From Anaeramoeba ignava BMAN (Eukaryota > Protista > Anaeramoebae): a stretch of 41,170 nt of DNA. Positions 1-13,300 of this stretch are shown here, one piece after another; position 1 is the stretch's first letter, and every line of letters begins with the position of its first letter. The stretch lies in the NCBI GenBank assembly GCA_028826165.1, contig JAPDFW010000020.1, forward strand, positions 36,713 through 77,882, written 5' to 3'. The position numbers and the translations under genes were made by a program. Under the pieces are notes generated by a model. That model was not told the origin of the DNA, searched no databases, and saw nothing but the letters and a program-made list of their open reading frames with translations.

Positions 1-320
1 AAATTAAAATTCAATTCATAATTCAAAACAAAATAATTCAAAATTCAATCCAAAATAATTCAATTCAAATTTAAATTCAAAATTATTCAAAATAATTCAA
101 TTTAATTCAAAATAATTCAATTCAAAATTCAATTCAAAATAATTCAATTCAAAATAATTCAAATTAATTCAATTTAAAATAATTCAAAATAATTCAATTC
201 AAAATAATTCAATTCAAAATTCAATTCAAAATAATTCAATTCAATTCAAAACAAAATTATTTAAAATAATTCAATTTAAAATTCAATTCAAAATTCAATT
301 CAAAATAATTTAAATTAAAA
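1..320 (+). repeat. Degenerate (AATTC/AAAAT)n microsatellite, intronic to the first gene
   Basis: Continuous aattc/aaaat units ending just before the AG acceptor at 330-331. Confidence 0.85.
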
Positions 321-331
321 TAAATATTTAG

Positions 332-3300
332 TTCACTCAAAATTGGGCAATGTTTCACCTTAAAACTTTAGTCACAATTCACAGAAAACAAAATATGAGA
401 ATTGCTAAAGACATTGTCCAAAACTTTTTCAATCAATTATCCCAATTTAACTCAAACGATAATACAAACGAAAACCCTCAAGAACAAAATGAACTCTTAA
501 AAGTTTATTTCATCTCTTTACTTATATTAAGACATGCAGGAAAATTTATGTCTTTATCAGAAATTGATAATTTTATTCCAATCATTTCGAAATTTTATCC
601 CAAAAAAAATTTCTATTTATTTATAATTTATCTCCATATTAAAGCACACAAAATAACAAAACCCAATCAAATTGAATTTTATGAGAATATTAAAGATATG
701 ATTGAAATGTACACTTTAGAAAAAAAAGAGTTAAAGGAAGAAAAACTAACTAAAATTGAAGGTAAATTTTATTCTTTCTTTTTTTTTATTGATAAAAATT
801 AAAAATTAAAAATTAAAAACTAAAAATTAAAAACTAAAAATTAAAAACTAAAAATTAAAAACTAAAAATTAAAAACTAAAAATTAAAAATTAAAAATTAA
901 AAAGAACTTTATATTCAAGCTGAATCACTTGTGAGTTTGCAATTATATATTAATAGTTTCTCACCTTTAACAACTCATAATCATCTTTCGGATGAAACCG
1001 AAACTGATGAATTAATTTTGGAGGAAATTGATGAAGATGATTTACCAGAAAATGTTATTCTTTTAAGAGATGAATTATTAGAAAAATATCAAATTCTTTC
1101 AGATGAAAAATTTCGAATTGAAAATTTAGAAAAAATTTATCAATCAATAATAAATACTGAAATCAATGGATTTCTTAAAGCCAAAATTACATTTTCAATA
1201 GGAAATTATTATTATGATTCTGAACAATATGCATTATCAGAACAATTACTATGTGAATCTTTATATATACTTGATCAAATATCACTTAATCCCGAAGTCA
1301 ACAAAGAAAATTTCATTTCGATAAATGAAAATTTAGATGAAAATTTAAATGAAAATCAAAATGAAAATCAAAATTTAAATGAAAATCAAAATTTAAATCA
1401 AAATTTAGATCAAAATTTAAATCAAAATTTAAATCAAAATAATATTGAAAATTTAGATCAAAATAATATTGAAAATGGAATCATTCCTTTAATCTCAGAA
1501 TTGGGAACAAATGTAATGATAGCATATGGAGATGCATTATTAAGCAATTCGAAATATAAATATGGAATTTTATCATTAGAAAGTGGACTTAAAAATTTGG
1601 ATTTACGCTCGAAAAAAAGAGCTTATTCTTTCTTAAGAAGAGTGGCAATAGAATGCAGTAAAAACAATGACTGGGCACGTTCTCTTACATATTACATGAT
1701 GATTCTTGATGAAGTCAAACAACAAAACAAAACAAACGAAATCATATTCATTTCAGAAGTCATTTCATCAATGCTTGTCGACAAAGGAGAGTTCAAAGCA
1801 GCAGAGAAATATCTAAACGAAGCTGCTTCATATTTGGTTCCCAGTCGAATTATGGATGGAAATGCGCAAAAACTCGACTCAAGATTTCTTGATATTCAAC
1901 TCAAGATGGCAAAACTTTACATGCAAAGTTATTCTTATGAACGAGCTGTTTCGTTGCTAAGCGATCTGCAGAATACAAGTCTTCCAAGAGGAAAGAAATC
2001 GCAAATATTGATTCTTCTTACTGAAGCATTCTATCGAAAACGATGGATCAAAGAAGGAATATCCACTCTTCAATTCTACGAACAGGAAGAAATTGTGCAT
2101 ATACTTCATGCAAATTATTTCAGTGATTCAGGCAAAAAAGAACGCGATTTGCAGAAACAAGCACGTTCTTTATACGGTTCTTTGGAGATAAAAAGAAGAG
2201 AGAAAATACAGAATGCAATTGTTAAGAAAAATTCTGCGCTCATTGAACATCCAAGATATCTTGAGTTTCTCGCAAGATTTTATTATCATTCTTCTTCAAA
2301 ACACTCAATGGACTCGATTTTTTGGATCAATCTTGCAATCAGCTTTGTTCCTGAAGAAAATCTTGCAACTCTTGGAAGATACAATTATTTGAAGGGGAAA
2401 ATTTTTCAGAAACTTGCACTTCCAACAAACAAAATAAAATTCCCTTTGACAATTAGTCTTTCTTTCGATATGTGCCGCGAAAGAAAGTTCGGCGAGTTTA
2501 TCCCCAAACAGGATCTTTCCGAAATGAAGTTCTTGTGTGTTGGCGATATTATTAATCAAGCAATTTTTTACTATCAAAAAGCTGCCAATTATTTTAAAGC
2601 TTCTGGTGATGAAGTTAAGCTTAGTAAAATTTACACTAGGCTTTCGGAAACTATTTTGGAATATGTTTTCCCTCTTGTTTCTTTATTGGGTCATGATTTC
2701 AATGAAGTTGGAAAATTACCTTTGATGAGTGATCCTTTGGAAAATGAAATTATTGATTCTTCAAAAGAACGCAAAAAAACCACCTTTTCAGATCAAAATA
2801 ATTTCCAATTTTTGATTCCTTTGCATGAGGAGTTTGAATACGATGATGATGATAATGATGATAATAATAATGCTAATAATGATGATAGTGATAGTGATAG
2901 TTATAGTGATGATAGTGATGATAGTGATATTATAAATGATATTAAAGATCTTAATAAAAATAAAAATAATAACTCAAAAGATCCAAAAAATCACAATCAC
3001 AATCACAAACATAAACACAATCACAAACACAAGCACAAACATAAACATAAGCATAAGAATAAACACAAGAAAAAAAGCCATAAAAAATCAACATCAGTAA
3101 ATTCAAACAAAGTAAACAAACAACCAGTAAATTCAAAAGAAAAACAAAGATATGGACTAATTTCTTTGGAAGCTTTAGAAGAAGTGATAGAATCATCGCT
3201 ATCAACAGCATCAGCAATTTTGGATCCAATTTTAATTCTTCGCGGATACATGAATTTTGCTGAATTGAAATATTTACAAGCAAATTTTTCATTATCAAAA

Positions 3301-6300
3301 GTGTATTGGAACGAATCCAAAAACATGCTTTTCCAATTGTTTATGAATGGAATATCATGCATTGTTAAAGATCAAACATCGTATTCTTTCCTCCTGAAGA
3401 TATTCAAAATTTTAAAGCGAATAACCGCGTTTTTATTTTGTTTGGATTCGGAAATCATTTTCAAAAATTTGATTGTGATCGACTCATTTATTCAAATGGA
3501 AATTGATTTGGATTATGTCAAAAAAAGAAAAGTGGATTCATTACAAGCAATATTTGGAGATAGTCACATCAAAAAAATTGACTCCAAAAGATCTTCCAAG
3601 CAAAAAAGAAACAAGAAAAAACAGAAAAGAAGAAGTTTTAAAGAAAGAGAAAAGATCAAGAGCAAGAACACCACTCCAATAAAACCCAATTCGATGCTTG
3701 TTTCTAAATCATTCCAATCACCCAATCCAAACATGAAAAGCTTTTTAAGTGATTCTGAAATTTCCGAAATCACGCTTCCTTTGGATTATTCGCTTTTGTG
3801 GAGAAAAAGTGTTAGATGTTTATTAACAAAAGAAATGAGAATGGAACTTTTCAATGAGAAAAACGATGAATCGCAAGAAAAGAATGAAAAGGATCAAAAA
3901 AATTCGAATCAAAATGAAGACCAAAAAAATTCTGTTTTTTCTTCAAATGATAAACATAACGGAAACAAAAAAATGAATAAAGCAGTTCAAGATAAAAACC
4001 AAGATAGTCGCCACACACATTTCGCAAACGATTTGTATTTATCCAATTCGAATTTGCAGAAATTCTCTCAAAATGATATTCCTCAACAATCCCGAGCACT
4101 CAAAAATGTGGGGAAAACAAAATCTCAATCTGTTGATCTTCCTTATCATTTCCAAAAGGAAAATGATTTAACAGAAAAATTCATCTTAAAACAAAAGCAA
4201 GAGAATCCGCCAGAACAAATATGGAGTTGTCTTTATAAAATCTATCAAAATCACAAGAAATTTGTTGTTGGAAACATTTCGCAAAGAGAACTTAAGAATC
4301 ACAACAATCAATTATTATTACAAATTGTGGATTTAGCAAATAAAGAAAGATCTCAAAATTCGTTATTAAATAGATGTCTTAGTCAAAGTGTCATTGAATT
4401 AGAAACAAATAATGAAAGAATAAGTAAAAATGGAAACGGAAAAATCAACAATAAAATTGACAATAAAATATGGTGTAATAATCCTGCTTTTTATTATAAA
4501 TCATTAACAAAGATAAAAATTCAAGCAAAAAGATTGATCTATAAAATATTAGTTGGCGATATTTTGATCACATTTGTTCCTGAACACAAATCAAGACAAA
4601 TACAATGTTTGGGTGGAAGTCGACAAACTGAGTTCAATGTAAATACTCAAACAAAAGGATTTGCTACAAATACAATTCGAAAAAGATCTTTAACTTGGAA
4701 TCAAAAATTTGCACGTCATGATTCTGTTAATTTAAAAAATGGTTTAAATATTGAAATGAACAATGAAGATTTTCAAGATGATTTTTTTAAAGATGATGAA
4801 GTTGATAAAAGAGATGGTCTTAAACAAGTTTTTCAACTGAAAAATAATGAAGAAAATGAGCTTGTTATTTTAGACTCTTCAGAAAATGAAGATGGAATTA
4901 AAGATAAAATTAAAGATAAAATTAAAGATAAAAATGAAGATAAAACTGAAGATAAAACTGAAGATAAAACTGAAGATAATTTCGATGATAAATTTAAAGA
5001 TAAAACTGAAGATAAAAGTGATGATAAATTTGAAGATAATTTCGAAGATAAAATTAAAGATAAATTTAAAGATAAAAGTGATAGTGATAGTAATATTGAA
5101 GATTTTTTAGATTTAGGAGAAAAATCTGATTCTTTTATATTTACAAATGAAAATTTAAATTTAAATTTAAATTCAAAAGAAAATTCCAAATTAGATTTAG
5201 ATTTAGATTTAAATGAGAAAGAAAATGAAAAATTCAATTTAAATTTAAATTCAAATTCAAATCAAAAAGAAAAAGAAAAAGAAAAAGAAAATTTAAATTT
5301 AAATTCAAAAGAAAAAGAAAAAGAAAAAGAAAAAGAAAAAGAAAAAGAAAATTTAAATTCAAATCAAAATGAAAAATTCAATTTAAATTCAAATCAAAAT
5401 CAAAAAGAAAAATTTAAATTTAAATTCAAATCAGAAAGAAAAAGAAAATTTAAACTTAAATCAAAATCAAAATGAAAAATTCAATTTAAATTCAAATCAG
5501 AAAGAAAAAGAGAAATTCAATTTAAATTCAAACCAAAATCAAGTTTTAGATTTAAACAATGAAAATATTTTGATGGATATGATTTTACCCCATCTTAACT
5601 TCAACGAAACAATCCTAACATTTCTAGAAACATTAATCATCAACGAAAATCACAAATACACAGGATTCGAAATGGATCTATTCCTATTAGATTACATGCT
5701 TCATCCAAAAGAATTTCTACCAATTCATCCAATAAAAGGAAAATCCAAATCAAAAAAAGAATCACAAAAACAAGAAGTCCAAAAAATGAATCTATTAGGA
5801 TCAAAAAAGCCAAGCAAACAAGTAGAAATTGTAGATGATTATCCAATAGTTCTTGTTTGCAGCAAATGGCTCCAAGTTTTACCTTGGGAAGAACTATTTG
5901 AACAAAATACAGTTCGAAGTTTTTCGGGATTGAAATTCGCAAATTTGGAGCAAATTAGTAACGATGAAGAACTTGGAATGGTTGCTCAACCTCATTATTT
6001 TACTTGTTATTCTTTACCAGAAATTTCGAAAAAATTCACGATCCAAAAAATTCGACAACAACAAAAATCCATTTATAAAGAATTAGTATTTAATTTACAT
6101 CATTCGGATAATCCAAATCTGAACGGAAAAGAATCACAAAATAAACCGCCTTTTCATTCTCCACTTGTTAAATATGGAACACCTAAAAAAACACTTGAAA
6201 AAATCACAAAATATTACATTTTTTGAAACAAGTAAAATTATGAAACATGAAGCAATATTAAGTCACTTAGTTGACCAATGTCTCCTATCTAATGATTATC

Positions 6301-6581
6301 CAGTGTTTTTATTAACTATTCCTGATATTCTTGAATTATCTCCTCCTATTTATTATCTTTTTCAATCTAGATATGATTGTACTTTTATTGTTTCAACTGA
6401 AGAAAAAATGAAGGATATTTGGAAGTTTCTTAGAATTTTTCATAAAAATTATTTGAAAATTGCTCACAAATCAAAATCTTATCTTACTCCTTATCAATTT
6501 TTACATTCTGCTGTTAACAAAATTCGACAAATGATTGATGGAATGATTTTTATTTTTTCTCCTATTTTAACTAATAATTGA
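332..6581 (+). CDS. Large TPR-like alpha-solenoid protein with a C-terminal CHAT/separase-like motif; 5'-partial; exons 332-761 and 905-6581, with two apparent +1 A-run frameshifts (~5410, ~6190)
   Basis: AG|TTC at 331/332 is in frame with ORF 350. The phase-1 GT-AG intron 762-904 joins it in frame to ORF 931. TPR-like helices (IGNYYYDSEQYALSEQLL, DKGEFKAAEKYLNEA, MAKLYMQSYSYERAVSLL). Removing one A at each run links ORFs 931, 5570 and 6165. Motif PIVLVCSKWLQVLPWEEL. Confidence 0.7.
795..902 (+). repeat. 7-mer tandem repeat (AAAAATT/AAAAACT) filling an intron
   Basis: Directly visible. Confidence 0.85.
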
Positions 6582-6654
6582 ATTTTGTAATTTCAAAAAG
6601 AAAACGAAAAAGAAAACAAAATAATTTGTTTAATTCTTTAAAAAATAAAAAAGA

Positions 6655-6655
6655 A

Positions 6656-6687
<32 letters not shown>

Positions 6688-6722
6688 CAAAACAAAACAA
6701 AACAAAACAAAACAAAACAAAA
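6655..6722 (+). repeat. (AAAAC)n microsatellite
   Basis: About 12 perfect units between two convergent genes. Confidence 0.9.
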
Positions 6723-6859
6723 TAATTTGTTCCACTTTTTCATTTTTTGATTTTAACTAAATAAAAAATTTAATTTTGTTTTTGTTTGCTTTTTTTATTT
6801 CTTTTCCTATTAAAAAAAAAGCAAATAATTTTTCAAAAAAAAAAAAAAGATTTTCCAAA

Positions 6860-7140
6860 TTAATTTTGAATTTGAATTTAAATTAATTTTGATTTTAAAT
6901 TTAAATTTAAATTGATTTTGATTTTGATTTTGATTTTGATTTTGATTTTGATTTTGATTTTGATTTTGATTTTGATTTTGATTTTGATTTTGATTTTGAA
7001 TTTGAATTAATTTTTGATTTGAATTAATTTTGAAATTGATTTTGATTTTGATTTTGAATTTAAATTAATTTAATTTTGAATTTGATTTTGAATTTGAATT
7101 TGATTTTGATTTTGAATTTAAATTAATTTTGAAATTGATT
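6860..7140 (+). repeat. (GATTTT/GAATTT)n hexamer microsatellite
   Basis: Directly visible, immediately 3' of the minus-strand 734-aa gene. Confidence 0.9.
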
Positions 7141-7144
7141 TTTT

Positions 7145-9349
7145 TCATCTCTTGAAAATGAAAAAAAGATAAGCAAAAATCAATATGAAAATGGAAGCTT
7201 TAATCATCTTTCCTTTAAAAGAAGGAATTCTTCTCTTTTCAAAATAACCTTTTTTAATCTCAACAAAATTTGCATAAAGAGAATCTTTTGGAGTTTGAAC
7301 AACATTTAAAAATCTTTCAAATTTAAAAATTTTCCAATCACTTTGAAGATTTTGAGGTTGTTGTTTTTGTTGTTGAGAATCAGAACTAAAAACTGAAGGT
7401 TGTTTACTAAAATCAACGACTTCTTGAATTGAACCTGAAAATTCACTGTATCTGAAATTGGAAGGAAGACGTAAAGAAATGAATAAATGAGTGATTGGAA
7501 GATCAAAATTTGGGAAAAGAATTGATAATTTTCCTGACAATTCAATTTTTGTTTGTTCAGTAATAAAAATAAGTTCTACTTGATAACCAGAATCATCCGC
7601 ATCTTTCTTCTCAAGCGGAATCATGATCTGGTTTTCATCATTCTTGACTGTTTTAACAGGTTTGCTGTTAAGTAAAGTGGACCATAATTCGTATTTTTCA
7701 TAAGGTATTTCCACATGAAGAAATTGTTTTTGAGTATTTTTGATTTTCAAGACACAATTGAATTTAATTGTTGATTCTGAATACGAGACTATGTAATGAG
7801 CCTCGTCAATCACAGCAATAAGAACTTCTGTTTCTGAATGTTTTATAATATCCAACTTCAAATTAAAATCTGGAGCCAAAAATTTATATGCAAATAAAAT
7901 GGTTGTTTCTTTATCTGCGTTTTCTACTAGATTTGGTAGCTCACTAACATCTATTTTGGCTACGTTTGAAAGATTCATTTCGTTGATTTCAATGTTTGTT
8001 TTTGCAAATATTCCAATCCATCCTTTTTCTCGATCAATATTTTCATTTTTGAATCGAGGGATTTGTAATTGATAACTTGAAGATTCCATTATTGTTTCTC
8101 CTTTGATAGTTAGTTTGTATTCTGAATCAACACTCATTTTGAGCCATACTTTCAATGTTTTTGTTTTATTTTGATTTTGATTCAAATTTTGATTTTCATT
8201 TTGATTTTCATTTAAATTTTGATTTTCATTTTGATTTTCATTTAAATTTAAATTTTGATTTTCATTTTGATTTTCATTTTGATTTTCATTTAAATTTAAA
8301 TTTTGATTTTCATTTAAATTTTGATTTTCATTTAAATTTTGATTTTCATTCGAATTTAAATCTTGATTTGATGCATCAATAATTTTCCATTCCTGAATAA
8401 AATCACCATCAACACTTGAAACATTAAAGCTCTTTGGAAGCACAACACCAAATTCCGACCTAGTTCCATGCAAGATGGAGTACTTAAAAGCAAGCAAACT
8501 AGAAATAACACCTTCACCCAAAGAATGGGAAACAAATTGTTCGCAATTAACAATCAATTTTTTCTTTTCCCTTTCCTTTTCAGCCCTAGCGCGCTCACGT
8601 TCTCGTTCTCTCTCACGCTTGCGCTTTTCTCTTTCAAGCCGCTTCTGCTCCTTCTCTTGCTTCCTTCGTTCAATTTCTTCCTTGATTTTCATTTCTTCTT
8701 GTAATTCTTTTTCTTTTTCTTTTTTTTCTTCTTCATCTTGATCCTTATCAGTCCATGCTATATTCAATTTGGTAATCGTTGGCAACAAGCAGTTCAATTG
8801 AACCGCGTTCTCTGTATGTTTTAAAACCGGATCTATTGCGGAAAGCACGTTGATTTGTACGTCCTTTCCGGGAACTACAAACTCGACTTTATTTTCTTCT
8901 GTAATTGGAATTAATAAGTTAATTATTCTTGCTTTTTCACTAACATAACTAGTTTCGAAATTAAGAGTCAAAAAAAATTCTCCGTTTTGATCTGTAATAA
9001 AAACATATTTCCCATTATCAATTCCAATGAAACCCTTGCCGAGTTCTGGGCCTTTGAGGGTCGTGGATGTCAGTGCCACTGTTGTGCTCAATAATTCAAT
9101 GCAAACCCATTGATTTTTACTTAAAATTTTGATTTCATAATTCACTTCGAATTCGGCCTTTTTCTTCAATGATTTCCCTTTGTATTCCGCTTTCTTGATT
9201 ATCGTCGTTGTTCTTGTTGTTCGATCTTCTGCTAGTTTCATCAGTTCGAAAAATCCTTCGTTTGTAATTGTGATTATGTTATTTTCACTTTGTTGGATTT
9301 GATTCACTATCGATTCAGAAATGTAAAGTGTTTTTTCTTCTTTTTGCAT
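7145..9349 (-). CDS. Intronless 734-aa hypothetical protein: beta-rich domains, a K/E/R coiled-coil insert, an N/Q/L low-complexity insert and a C-terminal hydrophobic anchor
   Basis: Uninterrupted ATG-to-TGA ORF with higher GC than its flanks; C-terminal ASIFILIFAYLFFIF followed by KR. Confidence 0.85.
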   Translation of the reverse strand: MQKEEKTLYISESIVNQIQQSENNIITITNEGFFELMKLAEDRTTRTTTIIKKAEYKGKSLKKKAEFEVNYEIKILSKNQWVCIELLSTTVALTSTTLKGPELGKGFIGIDNGKYVFITDQNGEFFLTLNFETSYVSEKARIINLLIPITEENKVEFVVPGKDVQINVLSAIDPVLKHTENAVQLNCLLPTITKLNIAWTDKDQDEEEKKEKEKELQEEMKIKEEIERRKQEKEQKRLEREKRKRERERERERARAEKEREKKKLIVNCEQFVSHSLGEGVISSLLAFKYSILHGTRSEFGVVLPKSFNVSSVDGDFIQEWKIIDASNQDLNSNENQNLNENQNLNENQNLNLNENQNENQNENQNLNLNENQNENQNLNENQNENQNLNQNQNKTKTLKVWLKMSVDSEYKLTIKGETIMESSSYQLQIPRFKNENIDREKGWIGIFAKTNIEINEMNLSNVAKIDVSELPNLVENADKETTILFAYKFLAPDFNLKLDIIKHSETEVLIAVIDEAHYIVSYSESTIKFNCVLKIKNTQKQFLHVEIPYEKYELWSTLLNSKPVKTVKNDENQIMIPLEKKDADDSGYQVELIFITEQTKIELSGKLSILFPNFDLPITHLFISLRLPSNFRYSEFSGSIQEVVDFSKQPSVFSSDSQQQKQQPQNLQSDWKIFKFERFLNVVQTPKDSLYANFVEIKKGYFEKRRIPSFKGKMIKASIFILIFAYLFFIFKR

Positions 9350-9419
9350 TTGTTTTTTAAAAAAGAAAACTGAGGAAAATGAAAAAAAATGAAAAAAAAT
9401 GAAAAAAATGAAAAATGAA

Positions 9420-10250
9420 AAATTTAATTTTAAATCAAAATAATAAATGAAAAATTTATTTTAAATCAAAATAAATGGAATATTCATTTTAAATCAAAAT
9501 AAAAAATGAAATATTTATTTTAAAACAAAATAAAAAGTGGAATATTTATTTTTAAATCAAAATAAAAAGTGGAATATTTATTTTTAAATCAAAATAAAAT
9601 GAAATATTTATTTCCTTAATTTCAATTTAAATCAAAATAAAATGAAATATTCAATTTAAATCAAAATGGAATATTTATTTTAAATCAAAATAAATAGTGA
9701 AATATTTATTTTTAAATCAAAATAAAAAATGAAATATTTATTTTAAATCAAAATAAAAAGTAAAATATTTATTTTAAATCAAAATAAAAAGTGAAATATT
9801 TATTTTTAAATCAAAATAAAAATGGAATATTTATTTTTAATCAAAATAAAAAGTGGAATATTTATTTTAAATCAAAATAATAAATGAAAAATTTATTTTT
9901 AAATCAAAATAATGAAAAATTTATTTTAAATCAAAATAAAAAATGAAATATTTATTTTAAATCAAAATAAAAAATGGAATATTTATTTTAAATCAAAATA
10001 AAAAATGAAAAATTTATTTTTAAATCAAAATAAAAAGTAAAATATTTATTTTAAATCAAAATAAAAAGTGGAATATTTATTTTAAATCAAAATAATGAAA
10101 AATGGGATATTTATTTTAAATAACAAAATAAAAAATGAAATATTTATTTTAAATAATAATAAAAAGTGGAATATTTATTTTTAATCAAAATAAAATAAAA
10201 AGTGGAATATTCATTTTAAAATCAAAATAAAAAATGAAATATTTATTTCC
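9420..10250. repeat. Minisatellite of ~28-32-bp units (consensus GGAATATTTATTTTAAATCAAAATAAAAAGT)
   Basis: Roughly 25-28 head-to-tail degenerate copies with no unique spacers. Confidence 0.85.
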
Positions 10251-10324
10251 TTAATTAAATTTTGGTTTTAATTGAGTTTATTTTTTTTAAAAAAAAGAAA
10301 GAAAAATTTTTTGTTTTTCTTTCA

Positions 10325-13300
10325 TCATTTTTCTTTCAAAATTTGGATTAAATTTTTTCCAATTCTTTGAATTGTTTGATCATGTGAAAATTTTGTTATC
10401 GCTTTTTCAATAAGTAAAATTTTTTTATTAGTATTTCTAATTTTTGGAAAATCTAATTAAAATTAAAATTAAAATTAAAATTAAAAATTTAAAATTAAAA
10501 ATTTTTTAATTATTATTTACCAGTTTTTGAAATTATATTAAATAAAGAACAACATGCATTTTCTTGAACATCTTGAGAATTCGGAAAAAGCTTCATTGAT
10601 TTAATTACTGCTTGAATTCCTTTTAATCTAACAATTTTGATTCGATTTTCTATTTTCAATTAAAATTTTCAATTAAAATTTTCTTCTTGTTTTCTTAATA
10701 TTTTTAAAAATAACCTTCATAAAAAGCTAAATTCCCTAAAGCAAGACATCCATAATTTTGAAGATCATGATTATTAGTATTACTAAGCATGGCTTTAATT
10801 ATTATTTCAATTCCTCCTAATGATCCAATTTTGATCCGATTTTCTTTTTAAAAATTTTTTCAATTAAAATTTTTTTCAATCCAAATTTTTTTCAATTAAA
10901 AATTTACCATCATTTCCAAAAGAAAGTATCCACAAAGATTCACAACCTTTTTCTGGAACATCCCTTATAAATGATAAATTTTTCATTGCTTGAATTATTG
11001 CTTCAATTCCTCTTAATTGTTGAATTTCAATTTTATTTTCTATTTTAAAAATTTTTTCAAAAAAATTATTTTCTATATTTGTTTCCCAATTTTTTTTCTT
11101 TCCAATAAAAAATACTTTCATCAAATCCTGCAATTTGTGCTAAAGCACAACATCCTGAATATTGAACATTTGGATTGTATGAAAAATTATTCATTGATTG
11201 AATTATTGGTTGAATTCCTCCTAAATTTCTAATCAATGTTTTGTTTTCTAATTTTGGATTTAATTTTGAATTTAATTTTTGAATTTTGAATTTTGAATTT
11301 AATTTTGAATTTAAATTTTGAATTTAATTTAATTTTGAATTTAATTTTGAATTTAATTTTGAATTTAATTTTGAATTTAATTTTGAATTTAATTTTGAAT
11401 TTAATTTTGAATTTAATTTTGAATTTAATTTTGAATTTAATTTTGAATTTAATTTTGAATTTAATTTTGAATTTTGAATTTTGAATTTTTGATCTAATTA
11501 ACCTAAATTTGAAAATGATAAATTTCCTAAAGCTCGACCTCCAAAATATTGAATAGATTCATCATTTGGAAAATTAAATAATGTTTGAACTAATGTTTCA
11601 ATTCCATGCAAATTTCTAATTTCATTACCATTTTCTTTTTTGATTATTAAAGGAAAACAAAATCACAAATTGTTTTTGATTTGTATAAATATAAATATAA
11701 ATATAAATATAAATATAAATATAAATGTTTATTTAACTGTAATTAAGTGCAAGATTTAAAAAAGCTCCACAACCATGATATTGAATACTTGGATCATTTG
11801 AGAAATTATTCATTGCTTTTATAATTGGCTCAATTCCTTTTAATTTTCTAACTATAGATTTATTTTCTTTTTTATTTTTATTATTTTTAATTTTATTATT
11901 TTTAATTTTAATTTTTATTTTTTTTGAAATAAAAGTCTACTTTCATTAACAACAATTCCCCATAAAGCATTTATTCCATGATCTTGAATATCTTTATTAT
12001 TTGGGAATTTATTCATTGCTTTAATCACTGGTTCAATCCCTTTTAATTTTCTAACAGTAACTTTGTTTTCTTTTTGTTTTTTAATTTTGTTTTTAATTTA
12101 GTTTCGTTTTTAATTTAAATTTTGATTTATTTACGATAATCAACATCAATATTCCCTATTGCTCTACATCCATTACGTTGAACATCTTCATCATTTGGGA
12201 AATTATTCATTGCTTTAATTATTGGTTCAATTCCTTCTAATTCTCTAATTAATATTTTGTTAGCTAAACAATATTTTTTATAAATTAAAAGAATTTATTT
12301 TTGTTATTTTTTTTTTGCAAAGAATATTTCGAATTTGTTTTCATTTTAACTACTTTTTTCAATTCCAATATTTCCTAAAGCTCTACAACTATATTCTTGA
12401 ATTGATTTATTTGCTGAGAAATTAGTCATTGCTTTAATTAATAATTCAATTCCTTTTGAATCTACAACTTTAGATCTATTTTCTGTTTCAATTTTTTTAG
12501 TTATATATTTATATTTATATATCTATATTTATATTTATATTTATACTTTTTCTTTCAGTAATTCTTGAAAGAGAACGACATCCATATTCTTGAATATTTA
12601 TAAAATTAGAGAAATTTTCCATTGCTTTTGTTATTACTTCAATTCCTTTTAATTCAGATATTTTTTTGCGAAATTCTATTTTGAAAAAAAAAGAAAATGT
12701 TGAGAAAATTTTTAATTCAATTATAAATAAATATTTGAATCCATTTTTTTTTTCTTCATTAAAAAAAGCTTTTCTCTTTTGTAATTTTTGTTATAGATTT
12801 ACGATTTAATAAAACTAAATCACCTAAAGCACTACAACCTTGTTCTTGAATCTTTTCAGAAACGGGGAATTTATTTAATATTTCAATTATTAATTCCATT
12901 CCTTTTAATTCGAATATTTTTTGTCGATTTTCTGTTGTTTCATTATTAATAATAATATTTATATTAAGATTTATAATTATATTTATATTTATATTAATAT
13001 TAATATTTATTTTTGTTAAAGTACTATCTGAAAGATTTGCAAGATTTCCTAATGCAAAAATTCCATATTGTAAAAGTTCTTCATTATTTAAGAAATTTTT
13101 CATTGAATTTATGATTAAATCAATCCCTTTTAATTCTTCAATTACGATCTTATTGTCTAGATTATTTGATAGATAATTTTTATTTTTTGAAGAAAGAAGA
13201 TTCATTTTTAATTTAATTTTTAATTCAATTTTAATTTTATTTTTATTTTTATTTTCTATATTTTATCTACTTTCATCTAAACCTAAATTCCCTAAAGCAA

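Noticed and set aside
5400-6230. Programmed +1 ribosomal frameshifting at A-runs (Euplotes-like)
   Set aside because: No AAA-stop motif at the shift sites, and homopolymer indels of both signs occur elsewhere (26500-26530, 39875-39905, 40265), so sequencing error is more likely
332-6581. Calling the gene separase (ESP1)
   Set aside because: Only the LPWE-type motif matches; the catalytic His/Cys motifs were not found
2305-8741. Antisense or alternate-frame ORFs overlapping the two large genes
   Set aside because: Shadows of low-complexity coding sequence with no independent coding signal
9420-10250. CRISPR-like array
   Set aside because: Head-to-tail degenerate units without unique spacers
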